From Myxococcales bacterium UBA1238 (GTDB lineage: Bacteria > Myxococcota_A > Bradymonadia > UBA7976 > UBA1532): 64,000 bases of DNA. The DNA is taken from NCBI GenBank assembly GCA_002309015.1, contig DBWM01000011.1, forward strand, positions 15,986-79,985. Reading direction: 5' to 3'. The notes under the pieces were generated by a model. It did not search any database. It was not told the DNA's origin and saw only the letters and a list, made by a program, of their open reading frames with translations. How positions within the stretch are numbered: the first letter of the stretch is position 1; each line of letters opens with the position of its first letter. Both the position numbers and the translations under genes were made by a program. Below, in pieces: positions 45,493 to 55,522 of this stretch.

Positions 45493-47715
45493 TTATGGAT
45501 GTTGAAGTTCTGCTGCAAGTTTTGCTCCGCGGATCAGGGCCGAGGCTGCATGTTGTGTAAAATCGATGCGCACTTCCTGCTCTACGAGCGATCGCCGAAT
45601 GCCTCCCCGGGCTTCTTCCGGATTGGGCATTAACCACGCGTTTTCTTTACGAATCTGGTCTCTTGCGAGGGCATTCAGGGCTGCGCTCACCTGCGCGTAA
45701 AGCGCATCCGTGGGCTGGTTTTGATGGGCGGCCAGCGCTGTGGTCGAAATGATCGCTTCCGTAAAGCCGGCGGCTGCGGGCGCCTGGGGCACCATGATCG
45801 CGCCAAAGCCGTAATGACCCTCAAAATCCGCATTCTGCCATTCGCCTTTCTCGTACTGCAGGCGACCGATGAAATCTGCATAACCCTGGCAAAACTCGAG
45901 ATATTTCGGCGATTGCAATGCGGGCCAGGCTTCTTCTGCGGCGATGCAGGTCCAGTGATCCGCACCGTAAATCACCTTGCCTAAGAAAAATTCGCTGTAT
46001 TTTTGCGTGGTTAGGAAATCAAGGGCGCGCTCTGCGGCTTTGAGATAGCGATCCTCTTTGAGGATTTTGGAAGCCATCACGAGGGCGAGGGCGGCTTCTT
46101 CGGAATAAAACATGAGCCGCTTTTGGCGATCGGGCGTATTGGTTGCAAGATGGTAGAAATGATAGAAATCGCCGTTTTCCTTTTGCATGTCGAGCAAAAA
46201 CTGCGCGAGGCGATGCAGGGTGCCTTCGTATTGCGGATCGCCTGTCTGGCGCTGGTATTCGAGCATGCCCACCATGGTGAGCGCGGTGCCGCCGAGCTCT
46301 GCGCGCTCATTGCGCATGACGCAACTCCTTTGAGGGGAACCACAATTTTCGGGAATGACGTGGGCGAGCCAGTCGATGGCTTTTTTGGCACCCTGTTTGA
46401 AGCGGTCGGATTGGGTTTGCCCGTAAATCAGCGCGAGGGCGTAAATGGTGCCGGAATGGCGCGGTAAGCTGTAAAAGTCGAGATCGGGGGTGGAGTGGGT
46501 ATTGGTGAGCGGAAAATATTGATAAAAAAAACGGCCGTCGGGCATCAGCTGGCGCAAAATGAAGTCGCCTCCCTCGATGGCGGCTTGCTTCCAGGCTTCC
46601 GGTCCCTCGTTTTCAAGAGGCGTGTTGCCGCGAACGGCGTCGATGGCGCGGCCTTCAAATTCGATGAACCCTTCGCTGCGAATGCGCTCCAATGATTCGC
46701 GCTGCGTGCCAATTCGTTGAAATACCGACGAAAAATCGAGTCCGAGCCGCAATTCTCTGATGCTCGGAATGAGCGGGGCGGCTCCAAATCGGTTCATTTT
46801 GATGAGGTCATCGGGCAGCAGGTAGGGGGAGTCGGGCGTTTTGGGGTGCAGGCCGTCGATGCCGGGATTGACCGAGAGCGGCAATAAGGGCGCGATGCCT
46901 TCGAAGATGGGGCCGTGGGCCGAAATGCGGTCGATTTTGATGCGGGCGTCGGGGTGATTCCGAAGGAGGCTGGCGTCGATTTTTCGAACGGCATCGGTGA
47001 GCGCGCTTTCAAAATGAGGGCCGTTTCCTTCGGTGCGGGAGACCAGATTTCCTTTGTCCCAAAAGGAGATAAAGAGCGGCCCCTGCTCCATGCCGATATG
47101 GCTGAGCTCGCCTGTCTGTGGAAGCTCGGTTTGGTTTACGGCCGCGCGCACGTAGCGGATGGCGAGATCCTTCTGGTGAGCGTCGAGGGCCTGAGGGCTG
47201 CTTAAGCCGTAAACCTGCGAGATGCCAAACCCAAAGAGAAAGGGCAGGCTGCAGAGTCCAAAGAGGGTGCAGACTAAGGTTTTGGTGGTTTTGCAGCGGC
47301 CTTTGATGCGGATGAGGCTGCGCAGCGCCAGGGCTGGAAACAATCCGAAGATCTCGATCGCGACGGAAGCGAAAAGGAGGGCGCCGATCGAGGCACCTTT
47401 TCCAAAATCACCAAAGATTCCGCGCAGATAAGCCCATGATGAGACGAGCGCCGTTGTGAGCAGGAGGGCGATGAGAAAGCCCAGAAAACTACAAAAAACG
47501 GCCAGATTCCAGCCCCAGTTTCGACCTCGCCAGAGTCCGGGGCTTGCTGTGAGATGGAGCGCGGCAAAGGCGATGAGGCCTGCGTTGAGGGCGGGCGTTT
47601 TCCAGGGCAAAAACGCGGCGACGAGGGCCGCCAGCAACAGACCGTAGATCGCGTAGACGATGGACCAAAAATGCATGCAGGGCAAGGCGTTGGCAGCTGT
47701 GGAATGGTCGTTCAA
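45493..47715 (-). CDS. large membrane protein: N-terminal ~6 TM, middle domain, C-terminal (alpha/alpha)-toroid-like repeats; function unknown
   Basis: 740-aa ORF ending 12 nt upstream of the nqrA start. Hydrophobic N-terminus. C-terminal region with repeated aromatic/Gly motifs (..LMPDGRFFYQY.., ..GGTALTMVGMLEYQ.., ..MQKENGDFYHFY..) reminiscent of prenyltransferase/terpene-cyclase-like toroids (weak call). Confidence 0.65.
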   Translation of the reverse strand: MNDHSTAANALPCMHFWSIVYAIYGLLLAALVAAFLPWKTPALNAGLIAFAALHLTASPGLWRGRNWGWNLAVFCSFLGFLIALLLTTALVSSWAYLRGIFGDFGKGASIGALLFASVAIEIFGLFPALALRSLIRIKGRCKTTKTLVCTLFGLCSLPFLFGFGISQVYGLSSPQALDAHQKDLAIRYVRAAVNQTELPQTGELSHIGMEQGPLFISFWDKGNLVSRTEGNGPHFESALTDAVRKIDASLLRNHPDARIKIDRISAHGPIFEGIAPLLPLSVNPGIDGLHPKTPDSPYLLPDDLIKMNRFGAAPLIPSIRELRLGLDFSSVFQRIGTQRESLERIRSEGFIEFEGRAIDAVRGNTPLENEGPEAWKQAAIEGGDFILRQLMPDGRFFYQYFPLTNTHSTPDLDFYSLPRHSGTIYALALIYGQTQSDRFKQGAKKAIDWLAHVIPENCGSPQRSCVMRNERAELGGTALTMVGMLEYQRQTGDPQYEGTLHRLAQFLLDMQKENGDFYHFYHLATNTPDRQKRLMFYSEEAALALVMASKILKEDRYLKAAERALDFLTTQKYSEFFLGKVIYGADHWTCIAAEEAWPALQSPKYLEFCQGYADFIGRLQYEKGEWQNADFEGHYGFGAIMVPQAPAAAGFTEAIISTTALAAHQNQPTDALYAQVSAALNALARDQIRKENAWLMPNPEEARGGIRRSLVEQEVRIDFTQHAASALIRGAKLAAELQHP

Positions 47716-48006
47716 AACGAGGTCCCCCTACAAATTTGCTGGCGGTATGGCCCGCTTGTTGCGCCTAAAACAAGAGTCTTTTGGTGTAAAAAGGATGAAG
47801 TTGCTCAGCTGCTGCCCGGAAAATCTTTTGTAAAATCAATGAAATTGAAGAGTTGGACGAATCGAGGATTTTGTCATTGGAGGGCCTTTACTTTGATTTT
47901 TTGAGTGATAATCTAAAACGAGCATGTTCTTTGCCCATGAGCGGCGGGTGAGCAAAGAAAGAAGTTGTTGAGGCAGAGCCGTTTTTTGAAGGAAGCGAGG
48001 TTGTGT

Positions 48007-48231
48007 ATGATTCCACCTAAAACGGATCCACGTTGGCGGGCGATGGTCGAAGGACGTTTGGTGTTCGAACCTTCGTTTTTGGCGCTGAAGTTTTTGTTGC
48101 AACGCATTCATATTCGTCTGCATTCCAATGCCCAGGAAGTTCAAATCGACGAAATGGTGAATGATTTATATTCGTTCTTCGAAAAATACGAGCGCTTTTT
48201 AAGCGATGACATCAAGCGTGCATTCTTTTAG
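48007..48231 (+). CDS. small hypothetical protein
   Basis: ATG at 48007 is preceded by GGAAGCGAGG. Ends 30 nt before the next gene. No motif. The listed ORF begins at a TTG at 47965. Confidence 0.4.
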   Translation: MIPPKTDPRWRAMVEGRLVFEPSFLALKFLLQRIHIRLHSNAQEVQIDEMVNDLYSFFEKYERFLSDDIKRAFF

Positions 48232-48260
48232 TCACTGAATAAGGATGATAAGGAGAGATC

Positions 48261-49256
48261 ATGTCCATCATTTTAACTCTGGCTGAAACAGAAGCGCTTG
48301 TTCGCGCGGGTAAAAAACTGTTCATCGCGGGTGAAGCTGATCTGTTGCGCCGTTTGCCCAAAGGACAGTGGATTGGTGGGACGGCTTCGCATTTTGTGGG
48401 CCAGGATGGTGGCGTATGCGGCGCTGGCAAGCTTTGCGTGCAGGAAATCTGGAAGCAGGATTACAACATTTCGATCCGCGTCTATGGTGTGGATGACTTG
48501 CCAAAGATTCCCAACGATGCGTTTGGGAACGGCTATTCGATTATTTTCCTGCCCTTCCACAGCCCGGTTCATTTGAAGTATGCGACGGATGTGCCTGAAT
48601 ATGAAAACATTTTCTTGCATCCCATCGTCGGCTTTGTGGCGAGCGTCGATCCTTTTGGTCCCAAAGATGTGATTCCGATGGTGATCAATGGCATGACCGG
48701 CGAGATGACTTCTGAATGCGCCATGGTGATGCATGTGGAGTTACCTCCGACCGAAATTGCCAAAGTGGGCATCATCAATGTGTATGAAATCGATCCCAAC
48801 GGGCCCACGATTGTGTTTGAAAAAACCGGAGTTACAGCCAATGAAGCGATCATTAACGGCGTCAGGCAGCCCCTCGCGCCTTTCCTGAAAGCTGAGGCTC
48901 CCGGTGAGATTCTGATTGCGGATTACATGGGTACCAATATCAATGTGGATATTCAGCATGTACCCGACGATGAAAGCGAAGTTTCCTTTTACGGGCCTGT
49001 ATTCAGGGGCATTCATTACCGCTTTATCCGCCACGATGTGGATTACAGCCAAAAGATTCGCAATCAGGCTCAGCAGTGGAATGGCAAGAACGTCGTCTAT
49101 GCCTTTAACTGCATCTCTAACTATTTGAACTTCAAGCTTGAAGGCGAAAAACTGGGACCCTTTACCGGACCCTGCACCTTTGGAGAAGTGGCTTACCAGA
49201 TTCTCAATGGTACCCTGGCTTACATGCTGATTGAGCCGGTGACCCATCATGAGTGA
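48261..49256 (+). CDS. hypothetical protein (weak FIST-C-like C-terminus)
   Basis: AAGGAGAG RBS. 331 aa of protein-like composition. The C-terminal ..GPFTGPCTFGEVAYQILNGTLAYMLIE loosely recalls the FIST_C ending. Confidence 0.6.
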   Translation: MSIILTLAETEALVRAGKKLFIAGEADLLRRLPKGQWIGGTASHFVGQDGGVCGAGKLCVQEIWKQDYNISIRVYGVDDLPKIPNDAFGNGYSIIFLPFHSPVHLKYATDVPEYENIFLHPIVGFVASVDPFGPKDVIPMVINGMTGEMTSECAMVMHVELPPTEIAKVGIINVYEIDPNGPTIVFEKTGVTANEAIINGVRQPLAPFLKAEAPGEILIADYMGTNINVDIQHVPDDESEVSFYGPVFRGIHYRFIRHDVDYSQKIRNQAQQWNGKNVVYAFNCISNYLNFKLEGEKLGPFTGPCTFGEVAYQILNGTLAYMLIEPVTHHE

Positions 49257-49339
49257 TGTTGGCGCCTTTCCTGCCTCTTTTGCCTGGTTGCGCACTTGCC
49301 TTTTTGTTCATTCCTTAAATCATTGATTGGAGATTTACC

Positions 49340-49993
49340 TTGTCGAACGAAGGATTACAGGATCTGTTTATTGGTATTGCGGGTTTAATCGGGGCGGGCA
49401 AGACGACCCTGGCGACCGCTCTGGGGAAGCATATTGGCCTGCCCGTGTATTATGAACCTGTGGCCGATAACGAATATCTGGCCGATTTTTACAGAGATAC
49501 GGCGCGTTATGCCTTTCAGACGCAAATCTATCTGTTAAACAGAAGATTCCAGCAGCATCAGGAGATCATCTGGCGCGGCGGCGGCGGTGTGCAGGATCGC
49601 ACCATTTATGAAGATTCTGTATTTGCAAAGACTCTGGTCAATCAGGGATTGATGGACGAACGCGATTACAGGACCTATCTGCAGCTCTTTCGGCATATGA
49701 GCAACTTCATGTGTCGGCCCAATGTGATCATCTTTCTCGATCTTTCGCCGGAGTCGTCGCTGGCGCGCATTAAAGAGCGCAGCCGCGATGTGGAGACCGG
49801 GATCTCGATCGATTATTTGCGCGCATTACACAAAGAATATCAGGTATTTATCAAGGATATTTCGCGCAGCGTACCCGTGATTCGCGTGCTTTGGGAGGAG
49901 TATCGCGATGTGGAAGATATGGCTCGAATGATAGAACGTGAGTATTTGCAAGGATCCTTTTTAAGGGATGCCGCCTGGAGTCCAACTCTGTGA
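49340..49993 (+). CDS. deoxynucleoside kinase (dAK/dGK/dCK family)
   Basis: P-loop GLIGAGKTT. YYEPV..N.YL..FY.D..RYAF..Q.YLLNRR. DRTIYEDSVFA. TTG start with a TGGAGA RBS. Confidence 0.85.
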   Translation: MSNEGLQDLFIGIAGLIGAGKTTLATALGKHIGLPVYYEPVADNEYLADFYRDTARYAFQTQIYLLNRRFQQHQEIIWRGGGGVQDRTIYEDSVFAKTLVNQGLMDERDYRTYLQLFRHMSNFMCRPNVIIFLDLSPESSLARIKERSRDVETGISIDYLRALHKEYQVFIKDISRSVPVIRVLWEEYRDVEDMARMIEREYLQGSFLRDAAWSPTL

Positions 49994-50165
49994 CAACATA
50001 GGATTTTCCCGCCTCACTTCTTCTTGCTCTCGGTTTCCTTCTTTCATATGCTCCTTTTGGGTTGTAGGCGACATGGGTCGCTTACTGGTGGCGTAATTTT
50101 GTCTGTTACCGCCTAAAGCGCGAAATGTCCTTTGTTTTTTCAATAGTTACCCGAAGGAATTCGCA

Positions 50166-53100
50166 ATGAAAACTTGGATGCTGATTTTACTGACGGGTTT
50201 TGGGTGTTCCGCTTGCGGTGATGAGTACGAGAACGCAAAAAATTATTGTCAAACAGAGGAATGTAATCAATTAGGTACATGTGTTCAAGGGGCCAAAGGC
50301 CCCGTGTGCCTTTGTTATGACTGGGCATTGCGTCAGGGCAACCAATGTATTGAAAAACCGACGCCTTGCGACTCTCTGAAATGTGGTGGTCACGGGAGTT
50401 GCTGGCAGCAGGATCAGGAAGCGCGGTGTTTTTGCGATGAGGGCTACGAACTCAAAAATAATACATGCGTTCCGATGGCGGATCCTTGCCAGGGAGTTAC
50501 ATGCGGCGGTCACGGCAGATGTGTCAATGCTTCCGGAAACGCGGTCTGTCTGTGCGATGATGGCTACGTTCAATCCAAGTCGAGCTGCGTACCAGGCGAA
50601 AATCCTTGTGAAAACGTAGATTGCAATCAACAGGGGTTCTGTGCCTTAACGGCCAGGAATCAAGCGGCTTGTATTTGTAATTCAGGTTATGTTGCGGTCG
50701 GGGCCAGTTGTCAGGAGATCACCGATGCCTGCTCGGGGCATGATTGCGGAGTTGGCGTTTGCGTGGTCAATGACTCCAACGAACCCCAATGTATTTGTCC
50801 TGAAGGTTACCGGGAAATCGATCATAAATGTGTGGCTGTGCGCGCCACTTGCGACGGCGTCACTTGCTCGGGAAAAGGTGTTTGCCGGGTGGCTTACGGC
50901 GAAGACTCTCAATTGAGCCCTTTCTGTATTTGCGAGCAAGGTTATGATTCCGTTGTCTCTGGAGGACAACCTGATTGTCGGGAGGATCTTGCGCGTTCGG
51001 CTTGCAAGAATTGGAATTGTTCCCATCAGGGCGTTTGCGTGGTCGATCAGCAGGGAGACTCCGGGATTTCTGATGGTGCGCGGTGCGTTTGTAATGAGGG
51101 CTTTCACGCTGAGGGACGGGAATGTATTGCAGATCTTGATGTTTGTTTGGATAAATGTACGGAAAACGGACGATGCATCAAAGTAGAAATCCCTTCTGAT
51201 TCGAGGAAAAAATACGCGCCAAAATGCATCTGTGATGAAGGTTATGCTGCGCTGGGACTGAATTGCGTCGAAAAACCTTCATCCCCGTTGCCCGAGTTTA
51301 TGCCTGCAGATTTATCGCTCGTCGCTCGGCATCCCAGTACATATCAGCCTTACATTAAGGGACGACTGCTGGCTTACGCGCATATCGACCCTGTAACAGG
51401 CGATATCCCTTCTGTTTTTCATCACTTAGAACAAATTTCGACCATTCTTTGGGAGCATCATGCAAAGATTCAGGCCTATGATGCCCAAAGTCGGCGCTAT
51501 ATTTTACAATTCGATGAAATGCTTTCAAAAGAAGAGATGTTGCAACAGCGCGATGAAATTGCGTTATTGACGGATGGCGACTTCCCCCTCTTTGATGTGG
51601 TGATCGAGGATTTTATAGATACGCCATCGGGTTTGCCGAATGATCCGTGGGAGTTTGGACATTGCACCGATAGCTGCTGGTCGGATAATGCGGGTGGTAA
51701 CTGGTTCTTGGAAGCTTTAAATGCACCTGCTGCGTGGGACTGGACAAGGGGGGGGCATGCTGCAGTGGGTATCATCGATTTTGGGATTCAGCGCCATGTG
51801 GATTTGGATGAGCGCTTAAAGCGCGTCAATCTATTGGATGTGACGCCTTCACAGGAAGAGATCGATCACGGGACGGCTGTGGCTGGTGTGATTGGTGCTA
51901 CGGGAGATAATGGCAAAGGATTGACGGGATTGCTTTGGAGTCCATCAATCTATTTTTGCCAGACAGATGGGACGTTTTCACGATTCATGAATTGCATGCA
52001 CTGGCTTCAGGACCAGGAAGTGCTGGTGATCAATTATTCTGCCAATCACAATTGGAGTCATCTTTCCGATGAGATGAAGCCCTGGAATTTGGCGGCATCA
52101 CAAAGTTCGAATGACAATGAAATTGCGGCGTGGACACGGGAGTTCGCGTCTTTAGACTCTCGTTTGAGCTTGGTGCAGAGTGCAGGGAATGAAGCTTTAA
52201 GCCGGGCTCGGTTGAAATATGCAGCACCTGCAGCGGGGATTGATGAAAATGGAATGGGGTTGAAGTCGCGGATTTGGATTGTGGGATCTGCAAAAAGCAG
52301 CAACGATGCAAAAGCAGATTACAGCAATGCCGCCGATTTTTATGTGGTCGGCGGAGATGGCGACTGCTCTGATGCGACTGCTTCCAATAACAATGCAACT
52401 TGCCGAAATATAACGGTTTTACAGGGAGAAAACCGAATCATCGGCGGCCGGTATGGAAGCTCTTACGCCGCAGCTTTAATGACCGCTACTTTGGGGATGT
52501 TGCGATCGGTAGGTGCTCAGAAAGAAATTGGGGAATACATGACTTCTGTGTTTTCAACAGAGAATCTTTCAGACCCCTTTTATTTAAACGTGGCGCAGGC
52601 ACTTCTTAAAGTTGTGAATAGCTGTGCCGGTTATGCCTATGCTTGTGGCGGTACCCATAAATGCGATGAAAACATGAGGCCATACGGTGATGGCCTCATG
52701 CATTTTAATGTGATCGATGGCGAATGTGGCTGTACGCCCAATTGTGTGGGGAAACTCTGTGGAAGCGAGGATGGTTGCGGGGGGATTTGTGCGGGGGCAG
52801 ATTATCGACATTGTTCTGGAGATCTGCTGAGTTATTGTGATGCGGACAGCCGATCGATGAAGACGTTGTCTTGTTCGACCGGGATATTGCCTGCCAATAC
52901 ATATCGTTGCGGTTGGAATGAAGAGCTCAGCCGTTATGATTGCCTGCAGGAGCTTGGGCCTGGGTGCGCTGTACAGCAATGCGGTATCGATCTCGCAACA
53001 GGAAAAGATTGTGGTTCCTGCGGTGAAAAGATTTGTTTGAACGGACAATGCGTCGATTCTCTGGTCAATGAGATGAGAGTGATTCCGGCTGCTGGAGAGA

Positions 53101-53978
53101 CGTTTATCATGGGCACTTCGGAAGAAGATCTTGAGAGGTTGTCGTCTCGATCTGAGAAAGCCAATGCTCAGAGGGAAGAGATCGCTCATTCTGTGCATTT
53201 CACGCATTCTTACAGGATACTCAAACATGAGGTGACTCAAAAAGAATGGAAAGATGTGATGGGTCATTTACCTGTTACTTTGACAGGCGATGGCTCAACC
53301 CGACCTGTGTCCCTCGTGAATTGGTATGAGGCGCTTGCCTGGTGTAATGCCCGATCGGAACTGGAAGGTCTTGAGCCTTGCTATGAGATGACCAATTGCG
53401 TTTTGACGCCGGGCACCCATGCGCGCTATCGCTGTGAATCTGTGGAGTTTAAGGGGGTGGATTGCAAAGGTTATCGCTTGCCGACAGAGGCTGAATGGGA
53501 GTTTGCGGCGCGCATGGACAATCGCCCCGAAGTCCTTTACGGTAATCCTGAAGATGTGAAGAGGATTGCGTGGTGCGAATCAACCGGTGTTCATGACATT
53601 GAACAGAAGGATCCCATCGGACCTGGTGAAAGTTTATATGACATGTTGGGCAATGTGGCGGAATGGACCTGGGATCGCTATGACGAGCATTATGGATTGA
53701 CTCAATCAGGGGCAGATTTGTTGAACTCCGAGGTAACAGATCCTCTCGGATTGGTTTCTTCTGCAGGATATGGGACCGGTGAAGCGATTAAACATGTGAT
53801 TAAAGGAGGAGCGTATCATCAAAACGCAGAAGTGATGCGCGCTTCTTATCGCGGGACTTCTCTGGTGGGCAGTTATCACGGTACGACTGCTTCCGGATCG
53901 AATGAAGCGAGAGGAGATGTGGGATTTCGACCGGTTCGCACGATGACTGAAGACGAAATGATCGAAGATGCGCATTGA
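50166..53978 (+). CDS. 1270-aa lipoprotein: ~8 EGF-like repeats + S8 subtilase domain + Cys-rich linker + FGE-sulfatase (SUMF1-like) domain
   Basis: Lipobox LLTGFGCSACG. EGF-like modules C..(4-5)C...G.C......C.C..GY.....C from ~50244 to ~51290. S8 triad context VGIIDFGI / DHGTAVAGVIGA / QSAGNEA / GSSYAAALMTATLG. FGE-type C-terminus (..VNWYEALAWCN..GYRLPTEAEWEFAAR..YDMLGNVAEWTWD..VIKGGAY..GFRPVR). Confidence 0.85.
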   Translation: MKTWMLILLTGFGCSACGDEYENAKNYCQTEECNQLGTCVQGAKGPVCLCYDWALRQGNQCIEKPTPCDSLKCGGHGSCWQQDQEARCFCDEGYELKNNTCVPMADPCQGVTCGGHGRCVNASGNAVCLCDDGYVQSKSSCVPGENPCENVDCNQQGFCALTARNQAACICNSGYVAVGASCQEITDACSGHDCGVGVCVVNDSNEPQCICPEGYREIDHKCVAVRATCDGVTCSGKGVCRVAYGEDSQLSPFCICEQGYDSVVSGGQPDCREDLARSACKNWNCSHQGVCVVDQQGDSGISDGARCVCNEGFHAEGRECIADLDVCLDKCTENGRCIKVEIPSDSRKKYAPKCICDEGYAALGLNCVEKPSSPLPEFMPADLSLVARHPSTYQPYIKGRLLAYAHIDPVTGDIPSVFHHLEQISTILWEHHAKIQAYDAQSRRYILQFDEMLSKEEMLQQRDEIALLTDGDFPLFDVVIEDFIDTPSGLPNDPWEFGHCTDSCWSDNAGGNWFLEALNAPAAWDWTRGGHAAVGIIDFGIQRHVDLDERLKRVNLLDVTPSQEEIDHGTAVAGVIGATGDNGKGLTGLLWSPSIYFCQTDGTFSRFMNCMHWLQDQEVLVINYSANHNWSHLSDEMKPWNLAASQSSNDNEIAAWTREFASLDSRLSLVQSAGNEALSRARLKYAAPAAGIDENGMGLKSRIWIVGSAKSSNDAKADYSNAADFYVVGGDGDCSDATASNNNATCRNITVLQGENRIIGGRYGSSYAAALMTATLGMLRSVGAQKEIGEYMTSVFSTENLSDPFYLNVAQALLKVVNSCAGYAYACGGTHKCDENMRPYGDGLMHFNVIDGECGCTPNCVGKLCGSEDGCGGICAGADYRHCSGDLLSYCDADSRSMKTLSCSTGILPANTYRCGWNEELSRYDCLQELGPGCAVQQCGIDLATGKDCGSCGEKICLNGQCVDSLVNEMRVIPAAGETFIMGTSEEDLERLSSRSEKANAQREEIAHSVHFTHSYRILKHEVTQKEWKDVMGHLPVTLTGDGSTRPVSLVNWYEALAWCNARSELEGLEPCYEMTNCVLTPGTHARYRCESVEFKGVDCKGYRLPTEAEWEFAARMDNRPEVLYGNPEDVKRIAWCESTGVHDIEQKDPIGPGESLYDMLGNVAEWTWDRYDEHYGLTQSGADLLNSEVTDPLGLVSSAGYGTGEAIKHVIKGGAYHQNAEVMRASYRGTSLVGSYHGTTASGSNEARGDVGFRPVRTMTEDEMIEDAH

Positions 53979-55522
53979 GAGAGGTTGAGCCGGTGACAGA
54001 CGAAGAGCGCCTCAAAGAAGGTTTACAGGAAGCTTTGGGATTTCATCGCGCAGGTTTGTTTGCTGAGGCGCGCCGTCATTATCTTGCGCTTTTGGAACGC
54101 TTTCCCAAGCATCCGGATGTGATTGAACTCTTTGGTGTATTAAATCATCAGGAGGGGCATCTGGATGCGGCATTGGCGTATTTACAAAAAGCAATCCATT
54201 ATGCTCCTGAAATTTCTTTTTATTACAATAACTTAGGAGAAACCTTGCGACAGCTGGGCCGGCTTGAGGAAGCGCAGACGGCGTATCAAAAGGCCCTTTC
54301 GCTCGAGCCGTCATCGGTTGAAGCGGGCAACAATTTGGCGCTCACCCTTCAGGCGCAGGGTGATTTGGACGGCGCGATCGCTCGTTTTCAGCAGACGATT
54401 CAGCTTGCGCCTCAGGCGCAGCTTTTTGACAATTTAGGCCACGCTTTTCGCGCATTGGGGCGCAGAGAAGAGGCGATTGCGGCGTATCGCCGGGCGCTGG
54501 AGCTGGAGCCCGAAAGGGGGGAGAGCTGGCTTGCGCTTTGTTCGGCGCGTCGCTTTGAGGATGTCAGGGATCCGGAGCTTCTGCATGTGCAAGCGCTGTA
54601 TGAAAATACCCAAAACAGATTGCAAAAAGCGTACTTAGGCTTTGCCCTTGTGCAGGCTTTGGAACAATGTAAAGCGCATGAGCGGGCGTTCGATGTGGCT
54701 TTGGTGGCCAACGCGCTTTGGAAATCGTTTCATCCTTTTGATGCGGAAGCGCACGCACAGGCGGTCGATCGCCTGATAGAGCGTGCAACCCCCGATTTGC
54801 TGTGTCATGCGCGTTTGGATCGCTGTGATTTACCGGTGCTGATCGTCGGTTCGCCGCGTTCCGGAACGACTGCAGTTGAACAGATTTTGTCCTGTCACCC
54901 CATGGTTTATGGTGCAGGAGAGCTGCCGGAACTTGACCGCCTGGCGCATCAATTGCCGCTTGAGGCGGATGCTGCTGAATTGGCGGGTGGGGCGTCGGCT
55001 TATTTGAAAGCGCTGACGCGCGGGGCTGCAAAGGATGTGACGCGCATCACCGATAAAATGCCCGCCAACCTGTTTCATTTGGGGCTCATCTGTCGCATGT
55101 TCCCGGAGGCGCGCGTGATTCGCGTAAAGCGGAACTTGCTCGATACCGGTGCTTCGTTGTTTATGAATCACTTTGCGCGAGGGAACGAATTCGCATCGGA
55201 TTTGAGCGATATTGGCTCATGGCTGCTGGATTTGGAGCGCATGTGGGCTCATTGGAAGGAAGTTTTGCCGTTGCGCATTTTTGAACTCGATTACGAGACG
55301 CTGGTGCAAGACTTTGAGCCGACGGTTCGAAAACTGCTTGAATTTTTACAATTGCCTTGGTGTGAAGATTGCTTAAAATTCGATCAAAATCCGCGAGCGG
55401 TGCAAACGGCGAGCGCGTTTCAGGTTCGGACGCCGCTCTACAACCGCTCGATTGGGCGATGGCGTTTTTATGGTGAACGCTTAAAGCCCCTGGCTGATGC
55501 ATTAAATCTTGAGTGGGAGTAA
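53975..55522 (+). CDS. TPR-repeat sulfotransferase-family protein
   Basis: N-terminal TPRs (..AEARRHYLALLERFPKHPD.., ..LGRLEEAQTAYQKALSLEPS..). 5'-PSB-type loop VGSPRSGTTAVEQIL. C-terminal sulfotransferase-like region. Confidence 0.85.
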   Translation: MREVEPVTDEERLKEGLQEALGFHRAGLFAEARRHYLALLERFPKHPDVIELFGVLNHQEGHLDAALAYLQKAIHYAPEISFYYNNLGETLRQLGRLEEAQTAYQKALSLEPSSVEAGNNLALTLQAQGDLDGAIARFQQTIQLAPQAQLFDNLGHAFRALGRREEAIAAYRRALELEPERGESWLALCSARRFEDVRDPELLHVQALYENTQNRLQKAYLGFALVQALEQCKAHERAFDVALVANALWKSFHPFDAEAHAQAVDRLIERATPDLLCHARLDRCDLPVLIVGSPRSGTTAVEQILSCHPMVYGAGELPELDRLAHQLPLEADAAELAGGASAYLKALTRGAAKDVTRITDKMPANLFHLGLICRMFPEARVIRVKRNLLDTGASLFMNHFARGNEFASDLSDIGSWLLDLERMWAHWKEVLPLRIFELDYETLVQDFEPTVRKLLEFLQLPWCEDCLKFDQNPRAVQTASAFQVRTPLYNRSIGRWRFYGERLKPLADALNLEWE

